From a virus (Duplodnaviria; Caudoviricetes): a stretch of DNA of 64,000 bases. A program made the translations under genes and the position numbers. A model generated the notes under the pieces. The model was not told the DNA's origin, searched no databases, and saw only the letters and a program-made list of their open reading frames with translations. Positions 54,318 to 64,000 of the stretch are shown in pieces (position 1 is the stretch's first letter; every line of letters starts with the position of its first letter). Location: IMG/VR virus record IMGVR_UViG_3300044825_002173, positions 1,134-65,133 of that record; one strand, given 5' to 3'.

Positions 54318-57300
54318 TTATTTTTTATTTTTATTATTTTTATTATTGTTATTGTTGTTACTGCCGAAGGGATTTCCGCCAGTGAATCCCGATGGCAGTC
54401 CTCCAGAAGATGGGTTGTTTGGTTTGGTAGGTGCTGTAGATGGTTTGGCAGGCACAGTGTTATTACCTCCACCTCCACTGCCGAAGGGATTTCCGCCGGT
54501 GAATCCCGATGGTAGATTAGATCCTCCACTACTAGATATAGGAGTACGGACAATACTATTCATAAATTTATCGCCTGTTACGTTGTTATTTTTATTACTT
54601 CCTGGTGGTGGTTCATTAACTCTAGCCTTAGTTTCTCCAGATCCTATCCTTTCAGGTTGTACTGCAACTACTTGCCCAGTTCCAATTGTAGTTTTAGCTG
54701 AATTGTAAGCATTTCCTGTAGATACTTTTATATTATTATTGCTAGAATAAGAACTGTTATTAATTTGATTAACAATTCTTTTTTCTTGGGTTCTCGACAT
54801 ATTTTCATCAATTTTTTCGATAAGATCTTTTGAAACACCTCCTTTTCTTGCAAGGTCTTTTAATCTCTGCCTACCACTATCATCTAAATCTGGTTTATAA
54901 TAATTGTAGTAAACTGTAGTTGGTAGTGTTGTGAGTGGTCCTGTGATGGGTGCTGGTAACTGTTGTGGTGTTGCTGCTGGTTGTGCTGCTGGTTGTGCTG
55001 CTGGTTGTGCTGCTGGTTGTGCTGCTGGTTCTGATGATGGTCTTGATGATGGTCTTGATGATGGTGCTGAAGGTGGAGGTGTTCCAGGACCAGGAATCAT
55101 TGGTTCATCTTGAGGAGCTTCTATTCTAATTGGTCTAGAAACAATAACATTTTCTTGAACTGTATTTATCTTACCTTCGGAAACATACTTTTCTTCAGCA
55201 CTAGTTGTATATGTACCAAATATTAATGAATTAGTATTACTGCTAGTTAATCTAAAAGTTTTACTACCACATTCAAATTTTGGATTAACATCTACATTTG
55301 GATTTGGAATAAAGAAAGAACCAAGAACCGCACCAGTGTCGTCAGTTATTAATTTAACATCTACAATAGTTGCTTCTGCTTGACTTGTTTGTCCTCTTAA
55401 TTTCATTCCAATTGCAACATATCCACTAAATTGTCCTTGTGGTTGATTAGATAAACTATAAGTATCAATATTAAGAATAGATGATGTTGAAGAATATGAT
55501 TCTGAAATATTAGTGGTAGAATTATATGGGTTTATTGTATAGACATCAGAAGGACTGTTGTATGTTCCATACTTATGATTTTGCTGAGCAACTCTAAAAG
55601 TTATTTTTGGTAATAATCCATTAGGATCATCAAAACTACCTATAACAGTTTCTCCTACCTGAAAAACACCGCTAATCATAGTAATTTCAAGTAATTTTGG
55701 TATAATATACTTATTAGTATCAATACCACCAAAGAATGAATAAACTTTTGTCAATGGTTTTAATCTTTTAGCGATAAATTCAATATTTCTAGATCTCATA
55801 TATGGTATTAATCTAGTATTAAGAACTACATCTCCGAAAGAAGTTCTTTTTTCTGATACGGCCCAAGTATTTGTTGCTGCATCCCAAGTAGCTCCAGCAA
55901 ACCCCGTTTGTGGATCAGATTGAAGAATTTTTTGTATTTCAGATTCTTCTCTATCAACAAAAATAGTATTTCCAGTAGATCTAGATTGGTCTACCCAAAC
56001 ATCGGATGATGGTTGTAGGAAAATGGTTCCCGTATAAAAATCGGTAGTATATGGGTTTACATTTACTGCTCTTGATGCATATGGTTGATCAATAATTATA
56101 GACTCTGTGTAATCTAATGTTACAAGTTGTCCAGTTCTTTTTACTCCACTTCCAATTAAACTAGTATCTGTTCTTGCATCTGCTAAAGGATTTGCTTCTG
56201 TTCCTAACCCAATGGAAGAATTTGTTCCAAGTAACAGATCAACTGATGTTGTAAAATGAGTTGGTCTTAATTCTAAGTTATTAGGATCAATAGAATTTTT
56301 ATAAACTGTCAATCTATCTTGATTATCATTTGAAGTAAAATTATCAACAAAAAATCCACATTTAAATCTGTTGCGTTGATTATCATCTAATGTTGAAAAA
56401 TTAGAAGCATTAACCTCAAGTAAAGAAAGCGAGGTGTAATATTCTAAATTTTCAATTCTATCTTCTAGTTTACCAATATCTGACATCCTATATCTTTTAT
56501 GTTCCTTTAATTCAATATTAATTTCATTCACATTAATAAGATATGGTTGTAAATATGCAGTGGCAATTTCTAGAACATCTTCATTGATAATTGGTGGTTG
56601 AGGAGTTTCTGCAGGAGTTCCTATTTTTAATTGAAATCCGCCAGTTTTATCGATAAGAATTTTATCAATTCTTGGAAGATAGAACGAATATGATAAAAGA
56701 ATCGATTCATCTGATGCTAAAACATTGGAAGCAGAATTTCCGGAAGATGTAAAATTCCTTGCTAAAAATTCAAATGGAGATCTTGAATTTAAAGACGGTG
56801 AAATAGTAGAAACTCTTGGTCTAATATCTAGAATATCTGAATTTCTTAAAGTAGTGTAAACACTTGGTATATTAGAATAATTAAATTGCTCATAAGAATT
56901 TACCGTTGTTATGTCACCAGTGTCCGATGCGGAAAAACTTGCAGATTCATAAACAATTTTTAATTTTCTTATGGGTTCTTTTGAGTTACTATTTCTAATA
57001 ATCTTAGAATAGTCATAAATAGTTTCCTTTTGATTTGAATCGAAAGTAAAAGAAGAACTAATATCTTTATCTCCAGAATTTATAACAGAAATAAATGCAG
57101 TAATTCCAGATTCTCCAAATGTTACTTTTTCACCTTCAATAAAACTATTTGAATTCAAATTTACAAATCCTATCTGTAAATCATTAATTTTTTCTGCATA
57201 TACTCCTAAAGATTGACTGCGTTCTCCAATAAAAGATTCTCCAATTAAAAGATCTCCAGTTTTATTGGTTGGACCATTTATAGAAGTTAAAACAATAGAT

Positions 57301-59858
57301 GGGATGTTAGGATCGGTTACATCACTTGATTCAAATATACCATAAACACCTGTTACATCAGATTCAAGTAAACAAATTTCTTCATCATGTACTCTAGTAC
57401 CATATGGATAGTTTCCATATGTAAGACCATCATTTAAGGTAGTGGCACCAACTCCAGATGCAGAATATATTGATTTATCAACAACTATAGATTTTATTCT
57501 ATTTCTATTTTTAATTTTTGATTTTACATTGTTTTTTCTAAGAGTAGCAATTAATTTTGCAGATCCACTTCCAGAAATACCATTGATAGTTAATGAACTT
57601 GATCCAGGACCAAAAGAAAATTTATCTTCAGTTAATGTTTCTGTTTGACCACTGCTCATTATTAAAACATATCGTTCTTCATCGAATGGTAAAAATGTTT
57701 CATTTGTTCCGGCATTAATCACTCCAGTAGAACTAGAGGTAATAGTAACATCAAACTGTTTTCTTATTGTTAAACTAGAATTGGTTAAATCGACGTTTGA
57801 TACATATTGTTTTGGAAGAATGGTGTATAAAGAATTATCCTCTGATGATTGCAATGTTGTGGTTATGATTTTAAAATCTGAAGGATTAATCTCAACTGTC
57901 GGAAGATCACCATTACAAACACCAACAACTGATGTAACACTACTAATTCCTAATGTTCTATCAGATACTGAGGTAATTTTGGCGTAACTAATTGTAGAAA
58001 TTCCGGGATTAGAAAATGCTACTAGATTTCCTGTAGTTACAATTCCGGTAAAAATTACATTAGAAGAAGTTACTGTACTAATTCCACCAGATTCTGCAGT
58101 TATCTTCACTTGCCCAATAAGTCCAGAAGAACTCTGAATCGTATCTGCATTAAATGTATATGCAGTTCCAACTACACCATAAATTGATTTTACATCACTT
58201 ATTCCATATTCTTTTATTGATTTAGTTACTCTAGTGTTCTCTACGCCATCAAAAATAAGTTTTTCTCCTAATGAAAATTTGCCGCTAGAACTATAAACTG
58301 TAACTGCTGTTCCTGCAGAAACATCATATCTAAGAAAACCTACAGCACCACTTTGCTTCCCTTTAATATGAGTAGGGGTATTTAAAGTTATTGGTTCATT
58401 TAATTGAATAGTTGTATATGGTTGTATATCATACAGAGTAATATCCCACTGATTTTCTTGTGGATTTGATGTGGTGTATGAACCAGATTCTAAAGCAAAG
58501 TCATATACTCTAGCAAGACCAATTTCATTTCCCGATTCAATATGAGAAGATACTCCTACTCTAGAGTCTCTTAAACTAACATAATAAGTAGTAGCAATGC
58601 TAACTATTGGTGAACCATAAACTCTGTTAAGTGTAATTGTAGATCCTGTAAAATAATTTATACTTTGATTTTCTAAAGTTTTCGTATTTCTTGGTTTAGG
58701 AAAATCTAAAAATGTTGGACTAATAGTTTCAATTTCAAATCCTCTCACATATGCTTTAAGTGGAGATATATTATAAGTTCCAAGATCTTCACTTGGAGTA
58801 TTATTATTATATGTTAATTGATCTGAATTGAAGATACCATTATTCCCTAAAAAATTATTAAGAGTTTCTTGCGCCTTTACAATAGGGGGATTTACATAAT
58901 AGTCTCCAGATTCATCAAATGTTCTTCTTGCAAATTCTTGCGATAATACATTATATTCCACCTTGCCTGAAATATTAACAAGTTTTCCTGCATTAATCTC
59001 TAATAATTGTACAAAATTATTAGTGTCAATTGAGTCTAAAGGTATTTGTTCTAATGTTGCAAAAATCGAAAATCTGTCTGCTCCAGGTGCTGCATAATTT
59101 GAGAATCCTTGAGAATTATCGTATAAAGAATCATCGTCATATGATGTTTTAATTTCTTCATATATTCTAAGACCTACTTTAGCACTTGGAACATTTGAAT
59201 ATGGGTCTAAGTATAAAATACTTGTAGGAACAGTTACAAAGTATCCTCTTAGAAAATATATTCCTTCTTCCAAATAAACTGCGGAACCTATGGATGTGCT
59301 ATTTTGTGAGATTGTAGTTGCAAATCCTTCTCCTGTTCTAATTAAAATTTCTGAGGGATCCTCTTCATCTATGGTATTTGGATCTAATACTAAAATGTCT
59401 TGATCCAATAATAAGTTTTCGCCATCTATAAAAGTTTTTTGTGAATTATCTTGATTTCCTGAGGTTAAATATTTTACAAATAAAGTATTCTTACTTACAC
59501 CGTTACCCGTTTTTAAATAACTTTCAATCGTAGCAGTAACACCACTCTGTTGACCTTTTATTTTTGTTCCCAATAAACTTTCAAGATAGATATCAGAAGG
59601 AAGTCCTTGATAATAATCATCTAAAATTACACTATTAAGATCATTTTTATAAACTATGTTTCCAGGAACAACTACAGAACCCTCTTTAAAAATATGATTT
59701 CCAAATTGTTCAATTTGATTTTGTAATATAGATTGTAATGTAGTTAATTCTCTTGCCTGGACTGGATATCCGGGTTTAAAAAGAACTTTATAATATTCGT
59801 TTTTAAAATCAAAGTCATCAAAATAAGGAGAGACATTAAGGTTTGTTTCTTGTGACAT
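54318..59858 (-). CDS. large virion structural protein, N-terminal part of a VrlC/DUF4815-like protein
   Basis: TNLNVSPYFDDF..YYKVLFKPGYPVQARELTTLQSILQNQ, APGADR, ARRTFDESGDY, KRYRMSDIGKLE.RI.NLEYYTSLSLLE; low-complexity tail. Confidence 0.85.
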   Translation of the reverse strand: MSQETNLNVSPYFDDFDFKNEYYKVLFKPGYPVQARELTTLQSILQNQIEQFGNHIFKEGSVVVPGNIVYKNDLNSVILDDYYQGLPSDIYLESLLGTKIKGQQSGVTATIESYLKTGNGVSKNTLFVKYLTSGNQDNSQKTFIDGENLLLDQDILVLDPNTIDEEDPSEILIRTGEGFATTISQNSTSIGSAVYLEEGIYFLRGYFVTVPTSILYLDPYSNVPSAKVGLRIYEEIKTSYDDDSLYDNSQGFSNYAAPGADRFSIFATLEQIPLDSIDTNNFVQLLEINAGKLVNISGKVEYNVLSQEFARRTFDESGDYYVNPPIVKAQETLNNFLGNNGIFNSDQLTYNNNTPSEDLGTYNISPLKAYVRGFEIETISPTFLDFPKPRNTKTLENQSINYFTGSTITLNRVYGSPIVSIATTYYVSLRDSRVGVSSHIESGNEIGLARVYDFALESGSYTTSNPQENQWDITLYDIQPYTTIQLNEPITLNTPTHIKGKQSGAVGFLRYDVSAGTAVTVYSSSGKFSLGEKLIFDGVENTRVTKSIKEYGISDVKSIYGVVGTAYTFNADTIQSSSGLIGQVKITAESGGISTVTSSNVIFTGIVTTGNLVAFSNPGISTISYAKITSVSDRTLGISSVTSVVGVCNGDLPTVEINPSDFKIITTTLQSSEDNSLYTILPKQYVSNVDLTNSSLTIRKQFDVTITSSSTGVINAGTNETFLPFDEERYVLIMSSGQTETLTEDKFSFGPGSSSLTINGISGSGSAKLIATLRKNNVKSKIKNRNRIKSIVVDKSIYSASGVGATTLNDGLTYGNYPYGTRVHDEEICLLESDVTGVYGIFESSDVTDPNIPSIVLTSINGPTNKTGDLLIGESFIGERSQSLGVYAEKINDLQIGFVNLNSNSFIEGEKVTFGESGITAFISVINSGDKDISSSFTFDSNQKETIYDYSKIIRNSNSKEPIRKLKIVYESASFSASDTGDITTVNSYEQFNYSNIPSVYTTLRNSDILDIRPRVSTISPSLNSRSPFEFLARNFTSSGNSASNVLASDESILLSYSFYLPRIDKILIDKTGGFQLKIGTPAETPQPPIINEDVLEIATAYLQPYLINVNEINIELKEHKRYRMSDIGKLEDRIENLEYYTSLSLLEVNASNFSTLDDNQRNRFKCGFFVDNFTSNDNQDRLTVYKNSIDPNNLELRPTHFTTSVDLLLGTNSSIGLGTEANPLADARTDTSLIGSGVKRTGQLVTLDYTESIIIDQPYASRAVNVNPYTTDFYTGTIFLQPSSDVWVDQSRSTGNTIFVDREESEIQKILQSDPQTGFAGATWDAATNTWAVSEKRTSFGDVVLNTRLIPYMRSRNIEFIAKRLKPLTKVYSFFGGIDTNKYIIPKLLEITMISGVFQVGETVIGSFDDPNGLLPKITFRVAQQNHKYGTYNSPSDVYTINPYNSTTNISESYSSTSSILNIDTYSLSNQPQGQFSGYVAIGMKLRGQTSQAEATIVDVKLITDDTGAVLGSFFIPNPNVDVNPKFECGSKTFRLTSSNTNSLIFGTYTTSAEEKYVSEGKINTVQENVIVSRPIRIEAPQDEPMIPGPGTPPPSAPSSRPSSRPSSEPAAQPAAQPAAQPAAQPAATPQQLPAPITGPLTTLPTTVYYNYYKPDLDDSGRQRLKDLARKGGVSKDLIEKIDENMSRTQEKRIVNQINNSSYSSNNNIKVSTGNAYNSAKTTIGTGQVVAVQPERIGSGETKARVNEPPPGSNKNNNVTGDKFMNSIVRTPISSSGGSNLPSGFTGGNPFGSGGGGNNTVPAKPSTAPTKPNNPSSGGLPSGFTGGNPFGSNNNNNNKNNKNKK
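54360..54515. repeat. 39-bp near-perfect direct repeat (2 mismatches), period 117 bp
   Basis: 54360-54398 versus 54477-54515; encodes LPSGFTGGNPFGS twice. Confidence 0.9.
54972..55065. repeat. two adjacent 12-bp tandem arrays
   Basis: TGCTGCTGGTTG about 5 copies (PAAQ) and TGATGATGGTCT about 3 copies (PSSR). Confidence 0.92.
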
Positions 59859-59870
59859 AGTGTTTAATCT

Positions 59871-61424
59871 TTAAAATTGCAAAATAACTTTGATATCTTC
59901 TTTTTGATTTGTAGACCTAGTTATTGACGGTCTATGATCAACATAAATTATATTTCCCGAATATTTTTTAACCTCAGGATTTGATATTCCTTTGGTAAAG
60001 GATTGTCCAAGATAGTATGTTCTACTATTTATTGAAGTGGATACACCACTAAAGGAAGTATCTATTCCCAAAACTACACTTCCACCAGTAATATTTAATG
60101 ATCCTCCTGTTGAAAGAGAAGAGGTGAATCTATTTAAATTAAATCCATAAGTTGGAGAAGAATTTTGCGTTCCATCACTATTAAATCCAACTAAAGATTT
60201 ATCTTGCCAATATTTTAGAACACCAGTATTCTTATCATAAGAAATTACTCTACCAACAGCGGTAGATGCAGTTCCAATAGTTTGTGTAATTCTAGAATCT
60301 GGAACAAAGGTTGCTGAATCATATCCATTTCCAGATAACTTAAGTGCATAAACTGCACTCGCTTTGTTTTCTACCAATAGAGAAGATGACCCATATACTT
60401 CAGGATTTTCAACAATTCCAATTCTAGAAATTTGATTTCCTGTTATAAAATCAGGATTTTCTGAATCATTTTCAATTCTAGAAAAAATTAAAACGTTTTT
60501 TGCTCCTAATTCTCTATAAATATCTGCTCCATGACCACCTTTTGGCGGAATAATCACATCAAAAGATGGCGTTGTAGACCCCGTAGGAACTCCACCAGAA
60601 ACCAAATCAACCGTTCCATAAGTATACCCAGATCCACCCTTAGAAACAGTAATTGAATCTATTTTTGAGTCATTATTGACAATTATTGTAACCTCAGCTC
60701 CAGATCCATCACCTACAATAGGAACTTTTACATATGATCTATTAGGAGGTCCAACTTCAACTCCACGATTTGTAATTGTTACTACTTTTATTTGACCACT
60801 AGTTAATGCATTATCTCTTACTGTGGCATTGTCATCACTAGTTTCCCAATTCTTTGGAACAGGTATAAAATTAGCAGAATCAAATTTTATAATTTCACTA
60901 GGTTTAATTGTATACAAATATTTCCAAACATACCCGTCTCCACTATCTCCTGCGATTCTTGGTTCCAGATCTGTAAATGTAGGTTGATCTAAAGATGGTC
61001 TTCCTTCAGGGTTTTCTGGATCAGTTCCATTTTGAAGACAGATATAAACTCTATAATCTTCATTTATCACATAATAGTTTGCAGAATATAAACTAGTTGC
61101 TCCTGATGGTTTTGATGTATTAGTTCTACTAATATTATGGCGGTACATATCATATATTGTACCTGATGTCCAAACATTCTTTTTTACAACTTGATTTATA
61201 TCACTAGGATAGATTTTTTTTAATCCAACCATTGTATCCCAATAATCATTCTCTTGATCAAAACTATCTTTAGGTGCTGGTGGATTAAAATCCCAATTTG
61301 AATCATAATCAGTAGGATTTGTCAGACCAACAAAGCAATAATAAGAATTTGTAGTAGAAGTTGCGGTCGCTACAAAGTTTTTTGCATTTAAAATTCTAAG
61401 TTGATCAGTTATTATTGCAGACAT
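59871..61424 (-). CDS. gp8: baseplate wedge subunit
   Basis: MSAIITDQLRILNA, YRVYICL.NG, DGYVWKYLYTI, SGNIIYVDHRPSITR..NQKEDIKVILQF. Confidence 0.9.
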   Translation of the reverse strand: MSAIITDQLRILNAKNFVATATSTTNSYYCFVGLTNPTDYDSNWDFNPPAPKDSFDQENDYWDTMVGLKKIYPSDINQVVKKNVWTSGTIYDMYRHNISRTNTSKPSGATSLYSANYYVINEDYRVYICLQNGTDPENPEGRPSLDQPTFTDLEPRIAGDSGDGYVWKYLYTIKPSEIIKFDSANFIPVPKNWETSDDNATVRDNALTSGQIKVVTITNRGVEVGPPNRSYVKVPIVGDGSGAEVTIIVNNDSKIDSITVSKGGSGYTYGTVDLVSGGVPTGSTTPSFDVIIPPKGGHGADIYRELGAKNVLIFSRIENDSENPDFITGNQISRIGIVENPEVYGSSSLLVENKASAVYALKLSGNGYDSATFVPDSRITQTIGTASTAVGRVISYDKNTGVLKYWQDKSLVGFNSDGTQNSSPTYGFNLNRFTSSLSTGGSLNITGGSVVLGIDTSFSGVSTSINSRTYYLGQSFTKGISNPEVKKYSGNIIYVDHRPSITRSTNQKEDIKVILQF

Positions 61425-61446
61425 TTTGCAGTTTTTTATTTATTTA

Positions 61447-64000
61447 TTAGATATATTTTGAATAATTAAGAGGATTATATCTTTCTACGATTGGTGATGT
61501 TGAAATTCCAACTAAACCATTATTATAAAATTCAAAATCTTTTGGATTTGATCTAAATGGAGCAGAAATTCTTCCCCAACTAAATTCTCCAAAAAATTCA
61601 CTATAACCGGTTCCAACAAGACCATTATAATTTCTAACACTTACTGTTACTTTAGCAACATGTGTAATTCCTAACCCAGGAACACTTGTTTGGGCAATTG
61701 AAACTGCGGCAACTTGATATACATTATCTAAGAAAGAATTTCCAATTGAAACTATTGATCCATTTGATCTTAAAGAAGTGACACCATATCCAATATTTGA
61801 ATTGTATACAACAAAATAATAACCAGTTTGAATTCCACTTACCGTTATTGCAGTGCCAACTATTGAAGAATCTCTTAGGAAGGAATCTTTGGGTATAACA
61901 AGATCAAATACAATTCCTGTAGATGCAACTCCCACAGACACTGTTGAAACTCCAGAAATAATTCCAAAATCTCCAGTATATGTAACTAATGAAATGTCTT
62001 CTACATAATCTGAAATTTTAGGATTTTCAATAATAACTATTGGCGGATTTGTTGATGTATATCCAAATCCAGAATTTGTAATACTAATAGAAGTAACAAT
62101 TCCAGATGTAATTGATGAAGTTGCACTAGCTTTTTCATTGTTTACTCCAAATTCAAATGTTGTTGTTGCAATTCCAAGATTAGTAGTTGTAGTTCCAAGA
62201 CCAACTTGACTAGATCCCAAAGAAACAACCACAGTTCCAGTAGGAACATATTCATTTTGAACTATCAATCCTGTAGTTATTCCTATTGTATTAATTCCAG
62301 TAACAATGTTTGTACTCACTCCAATTATACCTTCAGCAGATACAATCGAAACAAAATCTCCAACATCTATTGGATCAGCAAAAATAACTGTTGGAGCAGA
62401 TATATAACCAATACCACCGTTTGTAATAGATATTGAAGTTATTGTGCCAGCAGTAGAGACTATTGCAGTAGCAGAAGCTCCAACAAGATTGTCTTGCGAT
62501 ACTATTCTAATCTTATTTTGTTTTAAAGAATTTTCTTTTGCACTATCAAAAAATGTTTTTACACTTTCAACAAAAATAACTGTAGATCCTATACCAACAG
62601 ATTGTATAATTTTTGTATTTGGATAAATTAAAGGTTCATACCAAATTCTATCTTTTGTGATCGGTTTTCCATCAACAAATAAATCATCAGTTTGTTTACA
62701 CCAAATTAATGGTCTAGTATAATTTGTATCAACATTTATTCCTGGTCCAGGATATGAATTGGTATCAATACTATCAATAGAGTTAACTGACATTACAATT
62801 CTCTCTTCTTCACTATAAGCAAAGTTATCATCATTTAATCTTACATTATCTCCAACTTTAATTGTCTCTAGAATATCAACATCAATAACATCAACAGAAG
62901 AAGTTCCTTGATAAAAAAGTATTTTTGAGGTATCTCCTGGTTTTGGAGCTTCTGTAAATGTAATATAACTTCCTCCATTAAATGTATATCCTTTACCGGG
63001 AACTTGTAATATATCATTTATGAATATTAATAATGTTGCTTGCACATCAATATTAGAACCTTTTTTGGATTTAATTGACCTAGGAGATCCATTCAATTTA
63101 ATTTGAAATGATGTGGAATTTCCATCAAATAATTCATCGAAAGGATCAAGAACTAAAAGATTTCCCAAAGACCAACCAGAAAAACTATCTGAATATGTTC
63201 TATCTACAATAATTTGGAATTCATTAAATGTAATTTCAGACGAAGTGGGAATACCAACAGTTCCACCAACACCAACTGTTAAAATTTCTCCAGATTTATA
63301 TCCATATCCAGTATTTTGAATTTCAAAATCAATTATACTAGATCCTTGTCCAACAACTATATTAATTCTAGCTTCAGTACCAATTCCAGCAGTAGAAGAA
63401 GAACTATATTTCAAAGGAATGTTAGAATAACTTAATGGAGAATCAAATACAACTATAGGTGGATTTGTAAAAGTATATCCAATGCCAGGATTTGTAATTG
63501 CAACACTTACTATGTTTCCATTTTGAACTGAAGCAATACCGACATATGTAATATTAATATCTTCTAGATCTTCTGTTTTAATACCAACTCTAACGGATTG
63601 AAGACCAGAACGATATCCAGATCCACTATTTCCAATAGAAATCGAAGAAACTGTTCCTAACCCAGAAATAATCGCAGTTCCTCCAGCAGAAACTAATGGT
63701 TGATATCCAAGACCTGGAGTAGAAGCAACTGAAATTATCACTCCACCTAAAGGAACATTAGCAGTGTTAATATCATATGATGTTGATGAAATTGACCCCG
63801 TAAATTGAATACTAGTGATTCCTACATTTTCTTTAAGAGTGTAATCTCCAATAGAACTAGTAGGAAAATAAAGTCCTTGTGGACCTTGGAAAATTTGATT
63901 AACTAATATTACAGAGTTATCTGATGAAATATCAGTTACATTGTTTCCATTTGATTTTAATGTAAATGAGGTTGAATAACCACTAAATCCCAATGAAATA
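61447..64000 (-). CDS. large baseplate wedge initiator (gp7-like), C-terminal part; runs off the window edge
   Basis: Open frame to the window end; LLIFINDILQVPG..Y and GxGY repeats; FGEFSWGRI C-terminus; immediately upstream of gp8. Confidence 0.7.
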   Translation of the reverse strand, partial: ISLGFSGYSTSFTLKSNGNNVTDISSDNSVILVNQIFQGPQGLYFPTSSIGDYTLKENVGITSIQFTGSISSTSYDINTANVPLGGVIISVASTPGLGYQPLVSAGGTAIISGLGTVSSISIGNSGSGYRSGLQSVRVGIKTEDLEDINITYVGIASVQNGNIVSVAITNPGIGYTFTNPPIVVFDSPLSYSNIPLKYSSSSTAGIGTEARINIVVGQGSSIIDFEIQNTGYGYKSGEILTVGVGGTVGIPTSSEITFNEFQIIVDRTYSDSFSGWSLGNLLVLDPFDELFDGNSTSFQIKLNGSPRSIKSKKGSNIDVQATLLIFINDILQVPGKGYTFNGGSYITFTEAPKPGDTSKILFYQGTSSVDVIDVDILETIKVGDNVRLNDDNFAYSEEERIVMSVNSIDSIDTNSYPGPGINVDTNYTRPLIWCKQTDDLFVDGKPITKDRIWYEPLIYPNTKIIQSVGIGSTVIFVESVKTFFDSAKENSLKQNKIRIVSQDNLVGASATAIVSTAGTITSISITNGGIGYISAPTVIFADPIDVGDFVSIVSAEGIIGVSTNIVTGINTIGITTGLIVQNEYVPTGTVVVSLGSSQVGLGTTTTNLGIATTTFEFGVNNEKASATSSITSGIVTSISITNSGFGYTSTNPPIVIIENPKISDYVEDISLVTYTGDFGIISGVSTVSVGVASTGIVFDLVIPKDSFLRDSSIVGTAITVSGIQTGYYFVVYNSNIGYGVTSLRSNGSIVSIGNSFLDNVYQVAAVSIAQTSVPGLGITHVAKVTVSVRNYNGLVGTGYSEFFGEFSWGRISAPFRSNPKDFEFYNNGLVGISTSPIVERYNPLNYSKYI

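Noticed and set aside
54972-55065. Tandem repeats considered as a CRISPR-like array
   Set aside because: The 12-bp units have no spacers and are in-frame coding repeats; no cas genes are present.

Overview
A 64-kb fragment of a T4-like myovirus genome, with almost all genes on the minus strand. The hsp20, cobS, mazG, cytidyltransferase and NblA-like genes suggest a cyanophage, though the host is inferred. In transcription order (right to left) it carries: baseplate and neck genes (gp7-like, gp8, a VrlC/DUF4815-like gene in two pieces, gp13-16); terminase, tail and head genes (gp17-23, gp3); recombination, replication and late-transcription genes (uvsY, uvsW, gp55, gp47, gp46, a vWA/CobS pair, gp45, gp44, gp62, regA, hsp20, gp43, uvsX, gp41, mazG); a block of late accessory ORFs with tRNA-Ala; and the start of primase gp61. 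Main observations: (1) the gp41 helicase gene is fractured by a split intein of the gp41-1 type, with a GIY-YIG endonuclease (late promoter inside a hairpin) and an ORFan between the halves; (2) several late proteins begin with a T4 capsid-targeting-like peptide (MK[T/S/N]FxxF[I/L/F]xE) or are strings of modules separated by gp21-type (L/I/V/M)xE sites, suggesting a protease-processed capsid cargo system; (3) an unannotated NblA-like ORF, a DruA-like gene splitting the clamp loader pair, a tRNA with a swapped A54-U58 pair, a consensus antisense promoter at the late/replication boundary and a repeated dyad promoter element. All calls come from reading the sequence and recognising motifs; no database searches were run.
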